Positions 39,192 through 48,601 of a stretch of DNA of 64,000 nt are shown here, piece after piece. Position numbers and translations under genes: made by a program. Position 1 is the first letter of the stretch, and the number at the start of each line of letters is the position of its first letter. The notes under the pieces were generated by a model, which was not told the DNA's origin, did not search any database, and worked only from the letters and a program-made list of their open reading frames with translations. Origin of the DNA: an uncultured bacterium (GTDB lineage: Bacteria > Babelota > Babeliae > Babelales > JABCYS01); assembly GCA_963705705.1 (NCBI GenBank), contig CAVPKK010000003.1, positions 136,209 to 200,208 on the forward strand. The letters run 5' to 3'.

Positions 39192-39839
39192 ATGAAGAAT
39201 AATCTTGTATTAGCAATGCTTATCTTTTGTAGCGCTTCAATTGATTCCTTATTTGCTGCGGGTGTGCCCGATCTGGCAGATGTGCGAAAAGCTTTCAATG
39301 TTACAAATCTTCGCAATGATTTCCTGACAAACGGCGTTTCCGCCGATTTTCGCCGACTCTTTCCTAAAGAAGTGAATAATCTCCAAGCAGTATTGGATCG
39401 TACAAAAAAAGGGCTTACTGCGCATGAGCAGGCACAGGCAGAATGCCAAATCGATCAATACTCAGTATGTCTGATCAATAAATTAATAGCTGCTAAATAT
39501 GAAGAGATCGTCAATGCTGCTGGCGAAAATGGAGCTGATAGAATTAAGGCAGGTGATGTTACTCGTGATTTAAAACACTTTGTTGAATTGCAAGAAAGAA
39601 TAGTTTCAGAAACGGCAAAACACCTTGACCTACCGCCTTTAAAGATCGATGACAGCCCAGTTGATAATAACAATAATAAGGGTTGGAGCTGCACAATAAC
39701 AGAATTATTCCTTGGCGGCGATCGTAAGTATCTCACATATGCTGCCGTTACAAGTGCGGTAGCCTTAACCATCTACTATTGGGATAACATTAATGCATGG
39801 CTTGCTGGTGAACCAACAGATTCAACTCAACCGGCATAA
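39192..39839 (+). CDS. Exported hypothetical protein with C-terminal TM helix
   Basis: GAGG RBS; signal peptide; YLTYAAVTSAVALTIYYW. Confidence 0.65.
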   Translation: MKNNLVLAMLIFCSASIDSLFAAGVPDLADVRKAFNVTNLRNDFLTNGVSADFRRLFPKEVNNLQAVLDRTKKGLTAHEQAQAECQIDQYSVCLINKLIAAKYEEIVNAAGENGADRIKAGDVTRDLKHFVELQERIVSETAKHLDLPPLKIDDSPVDNNNNKGWSCTITELFLGGDRKYLTYAAVTSAVALTIYYWDNINAWLAGEPTDSTQPA

Positions 39840-39863
39840 ATTTTAAATTATTTTTGCGATATG

Positions 39864-39892
39864 AAAGGCTGCATAATTCTATGTGGCCTTTT
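39864..39892 (+). terminator. Rho-independent terminator
   Basis: AAAGGCTGCATA-ATTC-TATGTGGCCTTTT. Confidence 0.65.
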
Positions 39893-39911
39893 CTATTTTG
39901 AGACTAAGTTC

Positions 39912-40181
39912 ATGAAATTATATTTATATGGACTACTATGCTGCAGTATCGCCTACAGTGTGGTGAGCGCACCACGGCCTGCACACGTACACACGCCGGC
40001 GGCATCAGTAGAATCGGAGCAAAAAACTAAGGATAAGGAAGCGCAATTAAAGCTTGCTCTTGCGCGCTCAAATGAAAAACTTGCCGCAGAAATAATGGCA
40101 TTGTTCGAGCAATATAGAAAATTACTATGGTTGGAGAATCGTAAAAGAAGTAATGGATTACTCAAACATTATTCTGAGTAA
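39912..40181 (+). CDS. Small exported hypothetical protein
   Basis: Signal peptide-like MKLYLYGLLCCSIAYSVVSA followed by a helical body. Confidence 0.5.
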   Translation: MKLYLYGLLCCSIAYSVVSAPRPAHVHTPAASVESEQKTKDKEAQLKLALARSNEKLAAEIMALFEQYRKLLWLENRKRSNGLLKHYSE

Positions 40182-40195
40182 GCCAAAAGTTATAA

Positions 40196-40885
40196 CTATT
40201 CTACTTCTAATGAAATCTGTATCGGTTTGCTGAGATCAATGAGTGAACCTGGCAGTGGTTTTTGTTCTGCCACCAAACAATTAATGCATTCATGATCATC
40301 ATCCATCACATGAGGATGGAACACATTTGCGTTCAATTGGTACTGTTTTAATAACTCTAATACAGCGCGAATTGGTTGACCGCGAAGGACTGGAAAAATA
40401 AGCGGTCGTTCATCACCAATGCTTGCATACAAAATCATTTTTCCTTCGACAGGCTGACCAGCCTGCGGCCATTGGCTAAAACAGGTATTAACTGGTTGTG
40501 AACTGGCTAAATAATGTATGTGAGCACGAATATTATGACTATGCAACAACGGTTCAATTTCCTGAATCTTCTTCCCTGCACATGCTGGGGCAATGCGTTC
40601 TATTTTTTTTGTAATAACAATGAATACGGATTGTTGCTGCTTTACCTTATGGCCCGCTCGCGGCGTTTGAGAAACTACCGTTCCTGATGGCAAATCTGCA
40701 TCTTCCTGCTCCCGCACAATACGCACATTTAAATGATGGTCCGAAAGGGTTTTAATAGCCTGAATGAGCGGTAGGCCTACCACGGCCGGCGTTGGAAATT
40801 CGCCTCGGGTCGTGAAGAAATGTACAGCTTGATAGCCTGAGAGGAAACATATGAAGGGAAGGGTCCAGAACCAATTTGCATTCAT
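40196..40885 (-). CDS. PASTA-domain protein
   Basis: N-terminal TM; three PASTA-like repeats (PAVVGLP...GTVVSQTP; SQWPQAG; EQKPLPG). Confidence 0.8.
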   Translation of the reverse strand: MNANWFWTLPFICFLSGYQAVHFFTTRGEFPTPAVVGLPLIQAIKTLSDHHLNVRIVREQEDADLPSGTVVSQTPRAGHKVKQQQSVFIVITKKIERIAPACAGKKIQEIEPLLHSHNIRAHIHYLASSQPVNTCFSQWPQAGQPVEGKMILYASIGDERPLIFPVLRGQPIRAVLELLKQYQLNANVFHPHVMDDDHECINCLVAEQKPLPGSLIDLSKPIQISLEVE

Positions 40886-40934
40886 ATATGATCGATTTGA
40901 TTCCAAAAACTACGTATTGTCCTGGGATTTTTAC

Positions 40935-41277
40935 TGAAGTCAGCGCATAAGCCGGATTTTGTACAAAGGGCAACCATTTATCTATGCGACATACCCGCGT
41001 GCAATGCAACAAACAACTAAACACGCTTATTTTGTCTTGCTCCAGGTAGGGTTTGTCCCAATATGCCGTTACCGACATATTGCGTGCGCTCTTACCGCAC
41101 ATTTTCACCATCACCGCTCTTGCGAGAGGCTGTTATTTTCTGTGACACTATCCATCGCAGGGCTTGTACCACCCGCGTCCGCAGTTGAATTTCTTCTCCG
41201 GCGGTACCTTGTTTGTTAGGAGTCCGGACTTTCCTCACACCCACTGAAGGATGCGCGATTGCCAGGGCTGAACATCA
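40935..41277 (-). ncRNA. rnpB: RNase P RNA
   Basis: Minus strand has GAGGAAAGTCCGGACT near the 5' end and ACAAAATCCGGCTTAT near the 3' end; termini are complementary. Confidence 0.95.
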
Positions 41278-41361
41278 GTAGGGATACTATACCTGATTTC
41301 CCAATTTTCTCTAAATGGTTAGGCGATGGCAAAAGCCAGGATATCTAGAGATTGGTCTTCA

Positions 41362-41706
41362 TTATATGACTCTTAAAAGAACTGGCAGGGCATATATCTG
41401 CAAGAGCACCGTTAACGTCGCGAAGGCCAGGGTGACCCAAAGATGACTGGCTAATTGATGTCTAATGGAAAGAGCAATAATGGTCAGGGGCAGTAAAATA
41501 AGAAAATTAGTCCCGTATCTGCCATATACCAGAAAAGACTCGAGCCCTGAGAGTGCGAGCGCGGTAATTAATGCTGGGTATTGAATCGGCGAGCGCAGAA
41601 GGAGTGTGCTGTAACAGGCGACCACCCCATACATTATTGGGATTTCAAATAACTGATAGAGAAACGTATCTGCGAAAAAAAGTATCAATGGTATTAACGG
41701 GTTCAT
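41362..41706 (-). CDS. Small integral membrane protein (possibly MreD-like)
   Basis: About four TM segments; GLESFLVYGRYG resembles MreD GL..D.....G; weak. Confidence 0.45.
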   Translation of the reverse strand: MNPLIPLILFFADTFLYQLFEIPIMYGVVACYSTLLLRSPIQYPALITALALSGLESFLVYGRYGTNFLILLPLTIIALSIRHQLASHLWVTLAFATLTVLLQIYALPVLLRVI

Positions 41707-41873
41707 AGTTTTATGTTCGTAATAATGACAAATATTGTTCTTTTTTAACACATTATGAATCAAAAGCTATAAAAGCTTGACACCCCAGATGATTTGGGTA
41801 AAACTTTGCTTCGTCTTTAATAACCATTTTGTATAACGTACAAAACAACCTACCCATACAAGGAGTCTTCATT

Positions 41874-42380
41874 ATGAAGAACACACTAAAGTTGACACTA
41901 GCGGTCGTTCTTGGCGTTGCTTCTGTTGCATCAGTATTTGCAGCGGGCGAGCCAGAAGTCACAAATAAAGCGCTAAAAATTGCGCTTGCTCAAGCTGTAG
42001 TTGATCTACGAGTACAAGAAGCTCGTGATGTTGTAAAAGCTCGTACAGATAAGTATGCAGCCGATACAAAAGACAAGAAAGAAGATGAAGTAAAGGCTCT
42101 TAAAGAAGCATTCGACAAAGAGATGAAAGATCTTGAAGTTAATGCTGCGATGATCAAGGGCATCAAAGAAGAAGTCCTTAGGAACAAAGACTTTGCTGGC
42201 GTGAAGATTGAAGAAATTCAAGATCCATCAGCAGCTTGTGGCTACTGTGCAGCAGCTAAGCAATTCTGCTTTGGTTCAAAGACCAAAACAGCAATTACTC
42301 TAGCAGCAACAGCAGTTGTAGGTTATGGCGCATACTCATTGTACGCTGCTAACCAAGCTGAAGACGCAGAAAATAACTAA
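41874..42380 (+). CDS. Exported coiled-coil protein with C-terminal TM helix
   Basis: AAGGAG RBS; signal peptide; CGYC motif; AITLAATAVVGYGAYSLY. Confidence 0.75.
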   Translation: MKNTLKLTLAVVLGVASVASVFAAGEPEVTNKALKIALAQAVVDLRVQEARDVVKARTDKYAADTKDKKEDEVKALKEAFDKEMKDLEVNAAMIKGIKEEVLRNKDFAGVKIEEIQDPSAACGYCAAAKQFCFGSKTKTAITLAATAVVGYGAYSLYAANQAEDAENN

Positions 42381-42423
42381 ACTGCATCTTTGAATTTGCA
42401 CTACTCTATCGGGTAGGTGAGGT

Positions 42424-42452
42424 AAAAGGCCGTACTTAGTGCGGCCTTTTTT
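42424..42452 (+). terminator. Rho-independent terminator
   Basis: AAAAGGCCGTAC-TTA-GTGCGGCCTTTTTT. Confidence 0.75.
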
Positions 42453-42559
42453 CACGTCTATATAAATTACTTATGCAAAACTTGAAGAACCAAATTGTTT
42501 CTTTATTAGTTAGCGATGAATTCGCGCATGTTAGAATGAGCCTCGAACAAACAACATAC

Positions 42560-42664
42560 GGAGGCAGGAGGCGGAGCGGGGGAGGGTTTTTAGGAAATTC
42601 TTGGGGTCCCCAGGTTCGGGTTCCCTTTCAGGGTGAACTTGGGGTAAAGCGAACCGGACCCTTA
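42560..42664. repeat. Module B (42603-42648) inside an inverted F-like element
   Basis: GGGGTCCCCAGGTTCGGGTTCCCTTTCAGGGTGAACTTGGGGTAAA resembles 8636-8682; flanks GGGGGAGGG...CGGACCCT resemble the reverse complement of F. Confidence 0.7.
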
Positions 42665-42697
42665 GCAAGAACCTAATAAACAACAATAAGGTTATAT

Positions 42698-44614
42698 ATG
42701 CACTCGCGTTCTAGAATCTCAATATTTGCTTCCGTTCTTTGTACTATCTTAATTCTGACTGCCGCCTTTGCACTCGGGGCAACCTACCATCTATTCTCCA
42801 AAAAAATTGTCGACCTTTCACCACTAGAACAATACAATCCCGGCAAGCCAACAATCATACTCGATGACGAAGGCCACGAATGGGCACGCTTTGCATTCGA
42901 TCGCCGTGAACCGGTTCCATTTGAACGTTTACCAAAAGTTTTGATCAATGCAGTACTCGCAGCCGAAGATCATGATTTTTTTTCGCATTCTGGCATTTCC
43001 ATACGCGGCATCGTTCGTTCGCTCGTTGTTAACTTACTCAATGGTCGCAAGGTCCAAGGAGCTAGTACGATTACTCAGCAACTAGTTAAGTTGTTGTTTT
43101 TTGATGGTAGGAAAACATTTGAACGCAAACTTAAAGAACAGTTTTATGCTTTGCTCGTTGAACGCCAATGCACCAAAGAACAAATCCTCGAAATTTATCT
43201 TAATCATGTGTATCTGGGCGCAGGTATTTATGGCGTTGAGGCAGCCAGCCAACGCTTTTGGAATATTTCAGTAAGCCAACTATCGATAGATCAAGCTGCG
43301 ATGCTTGCCGGCATCATCAGATCACCAAGCCGTTATTGTCCACTTACATCGCCAATAAATGCGCAACGGCGGCGGAATTTAATCATTCGATTGATGCGCG
43401 ATTACGGTTTTATTAGTTCGAAAGAATATGAACGGGCATATGCTAAGCCACTCATTTTGCATCAGCCACATAGCAAATCAGAATTTGCGCCGCATTTAAA
43501 AGAGGCAATACGTATCGAGCTCGAAGAAAAAGTAGGGCGCAAACAGCTCTATAGCGGTGGGCTTGTGGTACAAACCACTATTAATCGTCAAATACAGGAA
43601 GCAGCGCAGAAGGTTTTTACCGAGCATGTCCAACGACTTAAGCAGTCAATGCATCCCTATATCGATGGGGCACTGATGACCCTTGATGTTCAATCGGGTG
43701 AGATAAAAGCCATGGTAGGCGGTGTAGACTTTACCAATTCAAAATTTAATCGAGCCTTACAAGCCCGTCGCCAATTGGGATCAATTATTAAACCCTTTAT
43801 CTTCGCGGCGGCGGTAAAACAGGGTAGAACGTTTGCAGAAATGGCCATTGATGAGCCTATGGAAGTTCTGATGCCAAATGGCCAGCTTTGGAAGCCAAAT
43901 AATGCTAGTGGATTATTTGAAGGTCCTATGACGCTCGCACGGGCGCTTGCAACCTCTAACAACTCAATAGCTATCAAAACATTGCTTGAGGTAGGATGCG
44001 ATACGGCAAAATCATTGGCTGAAAAATGCAAAATTCCTGGACTAAAACCGTATCCAAGTTTAGCGCTTGGCTGCGTTGATGTAACAGTTAATACGGCTAC
44101 CGCTGCCTTTAATGTGTTTGCTAATCATGGCGTATATGTTGCACCGTTTCATATTTCATGGATCAAAGATCAATGGGGAAAGAAAATATATAAACACCAG
44201 CCGGAAAGATACCGTGTTCTTCCCGCGCGCGTCAGCGATCAAGTAGCGAAGGTTCTTGGGTTGGCGACCGATCGGTTAAGAATACGATTAGGTGAACGAG
44301 GTTTAGCCAGCGATGTAATTGGTAAAACGGGAACTAATAATGAATTTCGAACCAACTTTTATATTGGTTCAACGCCATCATTGACCACTGGCATTTATAT
44401 CGGCTGCGATGATAATAGCCCTATGGGTAAAAATATGTTTGCTCGCAAGACGGCATTTCCAATTTTCTTCTCGCTGCATAAGCAAATACCATCTGCGATA
44501 AAGAACTTCTCATTTGATCCAGGCTTGCGCGAACAGCTTATTGATGAAAAGACGGGTGATTTCTTGGATGATCCTAAAGACCCACATGCATGTTTGATTT
44601 TAGTGCCGCAGTGA
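42698..44614 (+). CDS. Class A penicillin-binding protein (PBP1A family)
   Basis: EDHDF, QGASTITQQL, RKLKE; transpeptidase motifs GSIIK, SNN, KTG. Confidence 0.92.
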   Translation: MHSRSRISIFASVLCTILILTAAFALGATYHLFSKKIVDLSPLEQYNPGKPTIILDDEGHEWARFAFDRREPVPFERLPKVLINAVLAAEDHDFFSHSGISIRGIVRSLVVNLLNGRKVQGASTITQQLVKLLFFDGRKTFERKLKEQFYALLVERQCTKEQILEIYLNHVYLGAGIYGVEAASQRFWNISVSQLSIDQAAMLAGIIRSPSRYCPLTSPINAQRRRNLIIRLMRDYGFISSKEYERAYAKPLILHQPHSKSEFAPHLKEAIRIELEEKVGRKQLYSGGLVVQTTINRQIQEAAQKVFTEHVQRLKQSMHPYIDGALMTLDVQSGEIKAMVGGVDFTNSKFNRALQARRQLGSIIKPFIFAAAVKQGRTFAEMAIDEPMEVLMPNGQLWKPNNASGLFEGPMTLARALATSNNSIAIKTLLEVGCDTAKSLAEKCKIPGLKPYPSLALGCVDVTVNTATAAFNVFANHGVYVAPFHISWIKDQWGKKIYKHQPERYRVLPARVSDQVAKVLGLATDRLRIRLGERGLASDVIGKTGTNNEFRTNFYIGSTPSLTTGIYIGCDDNSPMGKNMFARKTAFPIFFSLHKQIPSAIKNFSFDPGLREQLIDEKTGDFLDDPKDPHACLILVPQ

Positions 44615-44667
44615 TACTTGTCATCGGCATTAATGATTTGAATAATGGTGTTTAAAATGCCATTTTA

Positions 44668-44770
44668 GCGCTCTGATCCTTCGATCCTTCGATAAACTCA
44701 GGAGTAAACTCTTCGACTCGAAAGTGATCGAGCGAAGGACGGAGCCTCGTCGAAGCCTCAGGATGAGCGC
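44668..44770 (+). repeat. Composite repeat D (long form)
   Basis: Near-identical to 28439-28550; termini GCGCTC...GAGCGC; GATCCTTC is doubled at the left end. Confidence 0.9.
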
Positions 44771-44803
44771 GGTCTTTTTTCGGCTTTGGCTAATTTAGAG
44801 TAA

Positions 44804-45958
44804 TCAGAGCTTTGGCGGACATGCAGGATGAGCGCTTCGTAGCACCTGTCGGTGCATAATTTTTGATCTCAGTATTTTGTCTATTGCTTCGTGGAAGAGG
44901 GCAGGATTCTTTTCAATATCTCGTTGCAAACACACCGTAAACAAATCCGGAAACATACGCGCATATGCTCTTGCATTATCAACTTGGTGCGATGTCGTCG
45001 AAGCGACCAGCGGAATAATGATAGTTTTGCAATCAAAGAATTTGAGTTCGGCCAAAGTGCCCGAGCCAGCCCGTGTAATGACCACATCTGCCAATTGGTA
45101 CAAGGGTGCAAGATTGTGATGATAGGCAAAGGTCACGGCGGGAATAGCACGTTCTTTATAAAAAGCAGACCATTCTGTTTCGGTATAACTGCCGGTTTGA
45201 TGAATAACTTGAATATGATCCAGGCGTTGATGCTCAACAACTATTTTCATCAGCTCATTCAAAAAATGAGAACCTTGTGAGCCGCCGATGACAAAAATGG
45301 TTTTTCGATCAGAAGAAAAGCCAAGCTTATTGAGTTCTGTCTCGCGGTTAAAACTTGTTTTTACGTCTTGGCTAAAGCGCACAGGATATGATGCAACTTC
45401 ACATGCACGGTTCTTAAAATAATGCTGCGTTTCGCCAAAAACGATGTGAATCTTACTGGCGAGAGGGGCCAATAATTTGATCGTTTTGCCTGGTTCCACA
45501 TTAAGCTCAAATAGTTCAATAGGGATACGCAAAAGCCAAGCTGCAAAACAAACCGGTATGGCAATAGAGCCGCCGGTTGTGATTACTTTATTTGGTTTAT
45601 GCCTGCGCAGTGCATTAAGACTTGAAAAGAAAGCTCGTGCATAGTTAAAAAATGTTTTTGGCCAAAGCCATGGCTTGCGATAGGGAATAGTTGTTAGTGG
45701 CAGGGTAAGTAAATGATCAACAGCCTTTGATTGCGTGACTATTTTAGTATCCAAGGAAGAAGTCGACGTTATAAAAAGGACCGTAGCAGGTCCCAGACTT
45801 TTTTTCTGTTCAGCGATCGTCAAACAGGGAATAATATGGCCACCTGAATGAGCCGCAACAAGGGCTAGGCCCTTGACCGGAGGTGCACTCCCGCGGTCTA
45901 ATGGCGAGTTCTTTTGATTATGAATGTCTAGCTCAGTAGTTTTTTTATTCGCTGGCAT
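44804..45958 (-). CDS. murG: MurG (lipid II GlcNAc transferase); start uncertain, C-terminal tail repeat-derived
   Basis: SGGHIIP, ELNVEPGK, GGSQGS, RAGSGTLAE, HQVDNA; tail SAHPACPPKL is encoded by repeat pieces at 44807-44835. Confidence 0.88.
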   Translation of the reverse strand: MPANKKTTELDIHNQKNSPLDRGSAPPVKGLALVAAHSGGHIIPCLTIAEQKKSLGPATVLFITSTSSLDTKIVTQSKAVDHLLTLPLTTIPYRKPWLWPKTFFNYARAFFSSLNALRRHKPNKVITTGGSIAIPVCFAAWLLRIPIELFELNVEPGKTIKLLAPLASKIHIVFGETQHYFKNRACEVASYPVRFSQDVKTSFNRETELNKLGFSSDRKTIFVIGGSQGSHFLNELMKIVVEHQRLDHIQVIHQTGSYTETEWSAFYKERAIPAVTFAYHHNLAPLYQLADVVITRAGSGTLAELKFFDCKTIIIPLVASTTSHQVDNARAYARMFPDLFTVCLQRDIEKNPALFHEAIDKILRSKIMHRQVLRSAHPACPPKL

Positions 45959-47541
45959 GCTTTCTGTTCTCGTGTTGTACGTGCAAACTGTTCGGCAAGG
46001 GCAAGTTCGCGATAGCTTCGCTCCTTATTGCCCATTTTTTCCATTATTTTAGCAAGATGTAAGTGCATCGCATAATCTTTGGGATTTTTGCCAATTAATT
46101 GTTCAAGTAGTTCCGTAGCTTTATCATATTTTTTCTGCCGGTACCAAATAACTGCTTGGGTATCTAAAAAGTGGGGGTTGTTTGGATCGGTCTTGATAGC
46201 TTTATCCAAATATTGCTGCGCTCGACTCACATCATGACCTTCTGTTGCATGGTAATATGCCAGAAGATTATAGAGCGGCGGGAAATCAGCCCCTGCATTC
46301 ATGGCGGTCGTAAGTATTTCATTCATCTTCTCATACTGCTCTTGCTCAAAATGAATGATGCCCATGTTATACCATAAACGCACCTTTTGCGTGTGGTCGG
46401 CTGCCAGTGCAAGCGCTTTTGTATGATATTGTAAAGCCTTATCAAATTGGCCTGCGCGTGTATAAAGATCGGCCAGATAGAGTTGCGGAAGCCGCTCATT
46501 GGGATGTGTTTTTTCGACTGCTACTAGCACATTAATTGCTTGTTCAGGAGGCAGCTTGTTGCCGGTAACCATCCAATGGAATGATTTATACCAGGTTTCG
46601 TCATTCGGCTCGCTCATCATCGATTTTTGCAGGAGGGCGAGAGCCTCGGTAGTCTTTTTCTGGCTCATCAACTGTTGCAGCTGGGCAAGGCGGGCATCTT
46701 TATCATTTTTTGCCATCTTTGGTTGCGATAAGTGTTTGCTACGCAGAAGTAGCCGTTGTAGTTGCTGCTCAATAGTTTTATTTGGGCCAACAACATTCAA
46801 ATAGTTTCGGTAGCCAGATATTGCTTCTTCAATGGCGCCTTGCTGCTCAAGAAGCATCCCTAAGAAAATCCATCCTTGCTCATAACGCGGACACATTTCC
46901 AAACTTTTTTTTGCTTCTTCGATTGCTTTCTGCTTATTGTTCAGTTGTACATACAATTGTGATTTCAGAAAATGGAATAGGCAGAGCCTCGGATGAGTTG
47001 GCACATTATTAAGCATGGTATCAATGGCACTCAATGCTCTCGTGATGTCCCCTCGTTTTGTATATGCCTGTGCTGCAAAGAGGGTGAGTTCAGGGCTTTT
47101 TTTAATCTTTTTCTGCAACTCTATTGCTCGTTCATCAGCGGCATCTTGGTCTTCCATTTTTGGCGAGTTGTAGAGCGATTGTATAAAAATAAGTTGAATT
47201 GAAAGATCATCTTTAAAATACTGATCCAATTTTGGAATCATTGCGATGATTGGCTGGTAGTTGTCGGTTGCAAAAAGTAACTGAAGAAATCCCTCATAGG
47301 CATAGGGGGATGGATTATCATTCAGCACGTGTTGAAAATGAGCAAATGACTTTGGTCCAGAACCGGCCGCAAGTTCGTATGAACCTAATATATATTCTTG
47401 GTACTTTTGCCCATCAACGCCTTGAAGGCTCGATAAAGAGTCTGAACTTTTATCGAGTACTGAGGGATGGCTGACGGCAGATAGATGCGAATAGGGGAAA
47501 CCCAACTGTAAAAGCAGAATTACTATTTTTTTTTGACGCAT
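45928..47541 (-). CDS. Exported TPR-repeat protein
   Basis: Signal peptide; TPR motifs such as YNLLAYY, DPNNPHFLDT, HLHLAKI. Confidence 0.8.
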   Translation of the reverse strand: MRQKKIVILLLQLGFPYSHLSAVSHPSVLDKSSDSLSSLQGVDGQKYQEYILGSYELAAGSGPKSFAHFQHVLNDNPSPYAYEGFLQLLFATDNYQPIIAMIPKLDQYFKDDLSIQLIFIQSLYNSPKMEDQDAADERAIELQKKIKKSPELTLFAAQAYTKRGDITRALSAIDTMLNNVPTHPRLCLFHFLKSQLYVQLNNKQKAIEEAKKSLEMCPRYEQGWIFLGMLLEQQGAIEEAISGYRNYLNVVGPNKTIEQQLQRLLLRSKHLSQPKMAKNDKDARLAQLQQLMSQKKTTEALALLQKSMMSEPNDETWYKSFHWMVTGNKLPPEQAINVLVAVEKTHPNERLPQLYLADLYTRAGQFDKALQYHTKALALAADHTQKVRLWYNMGIIHFEQEQYEKMNEILTTAMNAGADFPPLYNLLAYYHATEGHDVSRAQQYLDKAIKTDPNNPHFLDTQAVIWYRQKKYDKATELLEQLIGKNPKDYAMHLHLAKIMEKMGNKERSYRELALAEQFARTTREQKACQRIKKLLS

Positions 47542-48023
47542 GAGGGGTTCCCGCGGCTAACATACAACAATGTTTCTAGCATTGAGCGTAGCTCGAGATC
47601 CTCAACCTTTTCAAGGGTTCTTGATTCAAGAGAAGTTAATTGGCGGCGGACTAGGAGTTTTGCTTTTGGTTGAGCTGCATTCTCGATGGTCGGAGTGCTA
47701 CTTGGCGCCCGTGAATCCATGGCCATATTTTTACTGCGAGCCGCGGCCTTGCATTTTATCTGTGTAACATACGGATGTTGCAAATAATCATTGATGGTTT
47801 TGATGAGCATGGGCGAAAGCAAATATAATTCTTGCAACCAGCTAGCATGAAAAACACCAATGATCAGCATGCTGCCTTGAATTTTTTCAACGCGCATATG
47901 CTCATGCAATGTGCCAACAATTTGTGGCCATTCACTGATTACTTTTAAATGCCATGCCTGTGATTGGTCTGCGGGTGCTTTCGCCAGTAGATCGCCAAGC
48001 AGGTTTTTGATTGAAGATGCCAT
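47523..48023 (-). CDS. DUF721/DciA-like protein
   Basis: WPQIVG...LIIGV..ASWLQEL...LIKTIN. Confidence 0.7.
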   Translation of the reverse strand: MASSIKNLLGDLLAKAPADQSQAWHLKVISEWPQIVGTLHEHMRVEKIQGSMLIIGVFHASWLQELYLLSPMLIKTINDYLQHPYVTQIKCKAAARSKNMAMDSRAPSSTPTIENAAQPKAKLLVRRQLTSLESRTLEKVEDLELRSMLETLLYVSRGNPSCVKKK

Positions 48024-48030
48024 GAAATAG

Positions 48031-48076
48031 CCCGCTCGCCCTGAGTGTTTGAGTCTCACTCAAATGTATCGAAGGG
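48031..48076 (-). repeat. Repeat module C
   Basis: Reverse complement CCCTTCGATACATTT-GAGTGAGACTC-AAACACTCAGGGCGAGCGG resembles 8590-8632 with a different inner hairpin. Confidence 0.8.
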
Positions 48077-48080
48077 AATC

Positions 48081-48554
48081 TTATCTGCCATATACTGCAT
48101 CTCGCCAATCCATTGGGTCTTCAAAGCCATAGAATTTGGCAAGGTCGAGATTGGGGAATAGAAGTATCATTAGATTCATAGCAGTTATCGTGATAGGCAT
48201 TTGTAAATGTCTTGATGCACCATCAACCCGATATGTCGAACGGAAAAGAGCATTTAAAACCAATGTGAAGCGCTCGACGGTTTCTTCTGATACAAAATCC
48301 CTATTTTGTTTGACCGGAAGCCAACTACGCCAGCCATTGTTTTCATTGATGTAGCCAGCTTCAACAAACATCGCACGAACTTCGTATTCGGTAACCTCTC
48401 CTTTTGCCAGAATTGCTGCAGCCAAGGGCCCTTGAGGGACTATGAGCTCGAGCTGATCTGTCATTTCATCTCGCTTATATCTATCATTATCTCGAGCTGC
48501 ATGTGTTGCGGAGATACTGCCGATGAGTAACGCAAGAACGATTAGCTTTTGCAT
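48081..48554 (-). CDS. Exported hypothetical protein
   Basis: Signal peptide MQKLIVLALLIGSISATHA; AAGGG RBS. Confidence 0.6.
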   Translation of the reverse strand: MQKLIVLALLIGSISATHAARDNDRYKRDEMTDQLELIVPQGPLAAAILAKGEVTEYEVRAMFVEAGYINENNGWRSWLPVKQNRDFVSEETVERFTLVLNALFRSTYRVDGASRHLQMPITITAMNLMILLFPNLDLAKFYGFEDPMDWRDAVYGR

Positions 48555-48601
48555 GAAGATCCCTTTCTTTGAACAGAGCGTAAATATTTTTGATTTGGCT
48601 G

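Noticed and set aside
40959..41219. ORFs at 40959-41219 and 40752-41114
   Set aside because: They overlap the RNase P RNA gene and are spurious
42473..42676. 67-aa ORF sharing RVP.QGE.GVK with the prepilin leader
   Set aside because: The similarity is only repeat module B; no other coding evidence
45873..45900. Palindrome GACCGGAGGTGCACTCCCGCGGTC near the murG 5' end
   Set aside because: Single copy and the murG start is uncertain, so it is not called as a repeat insertion
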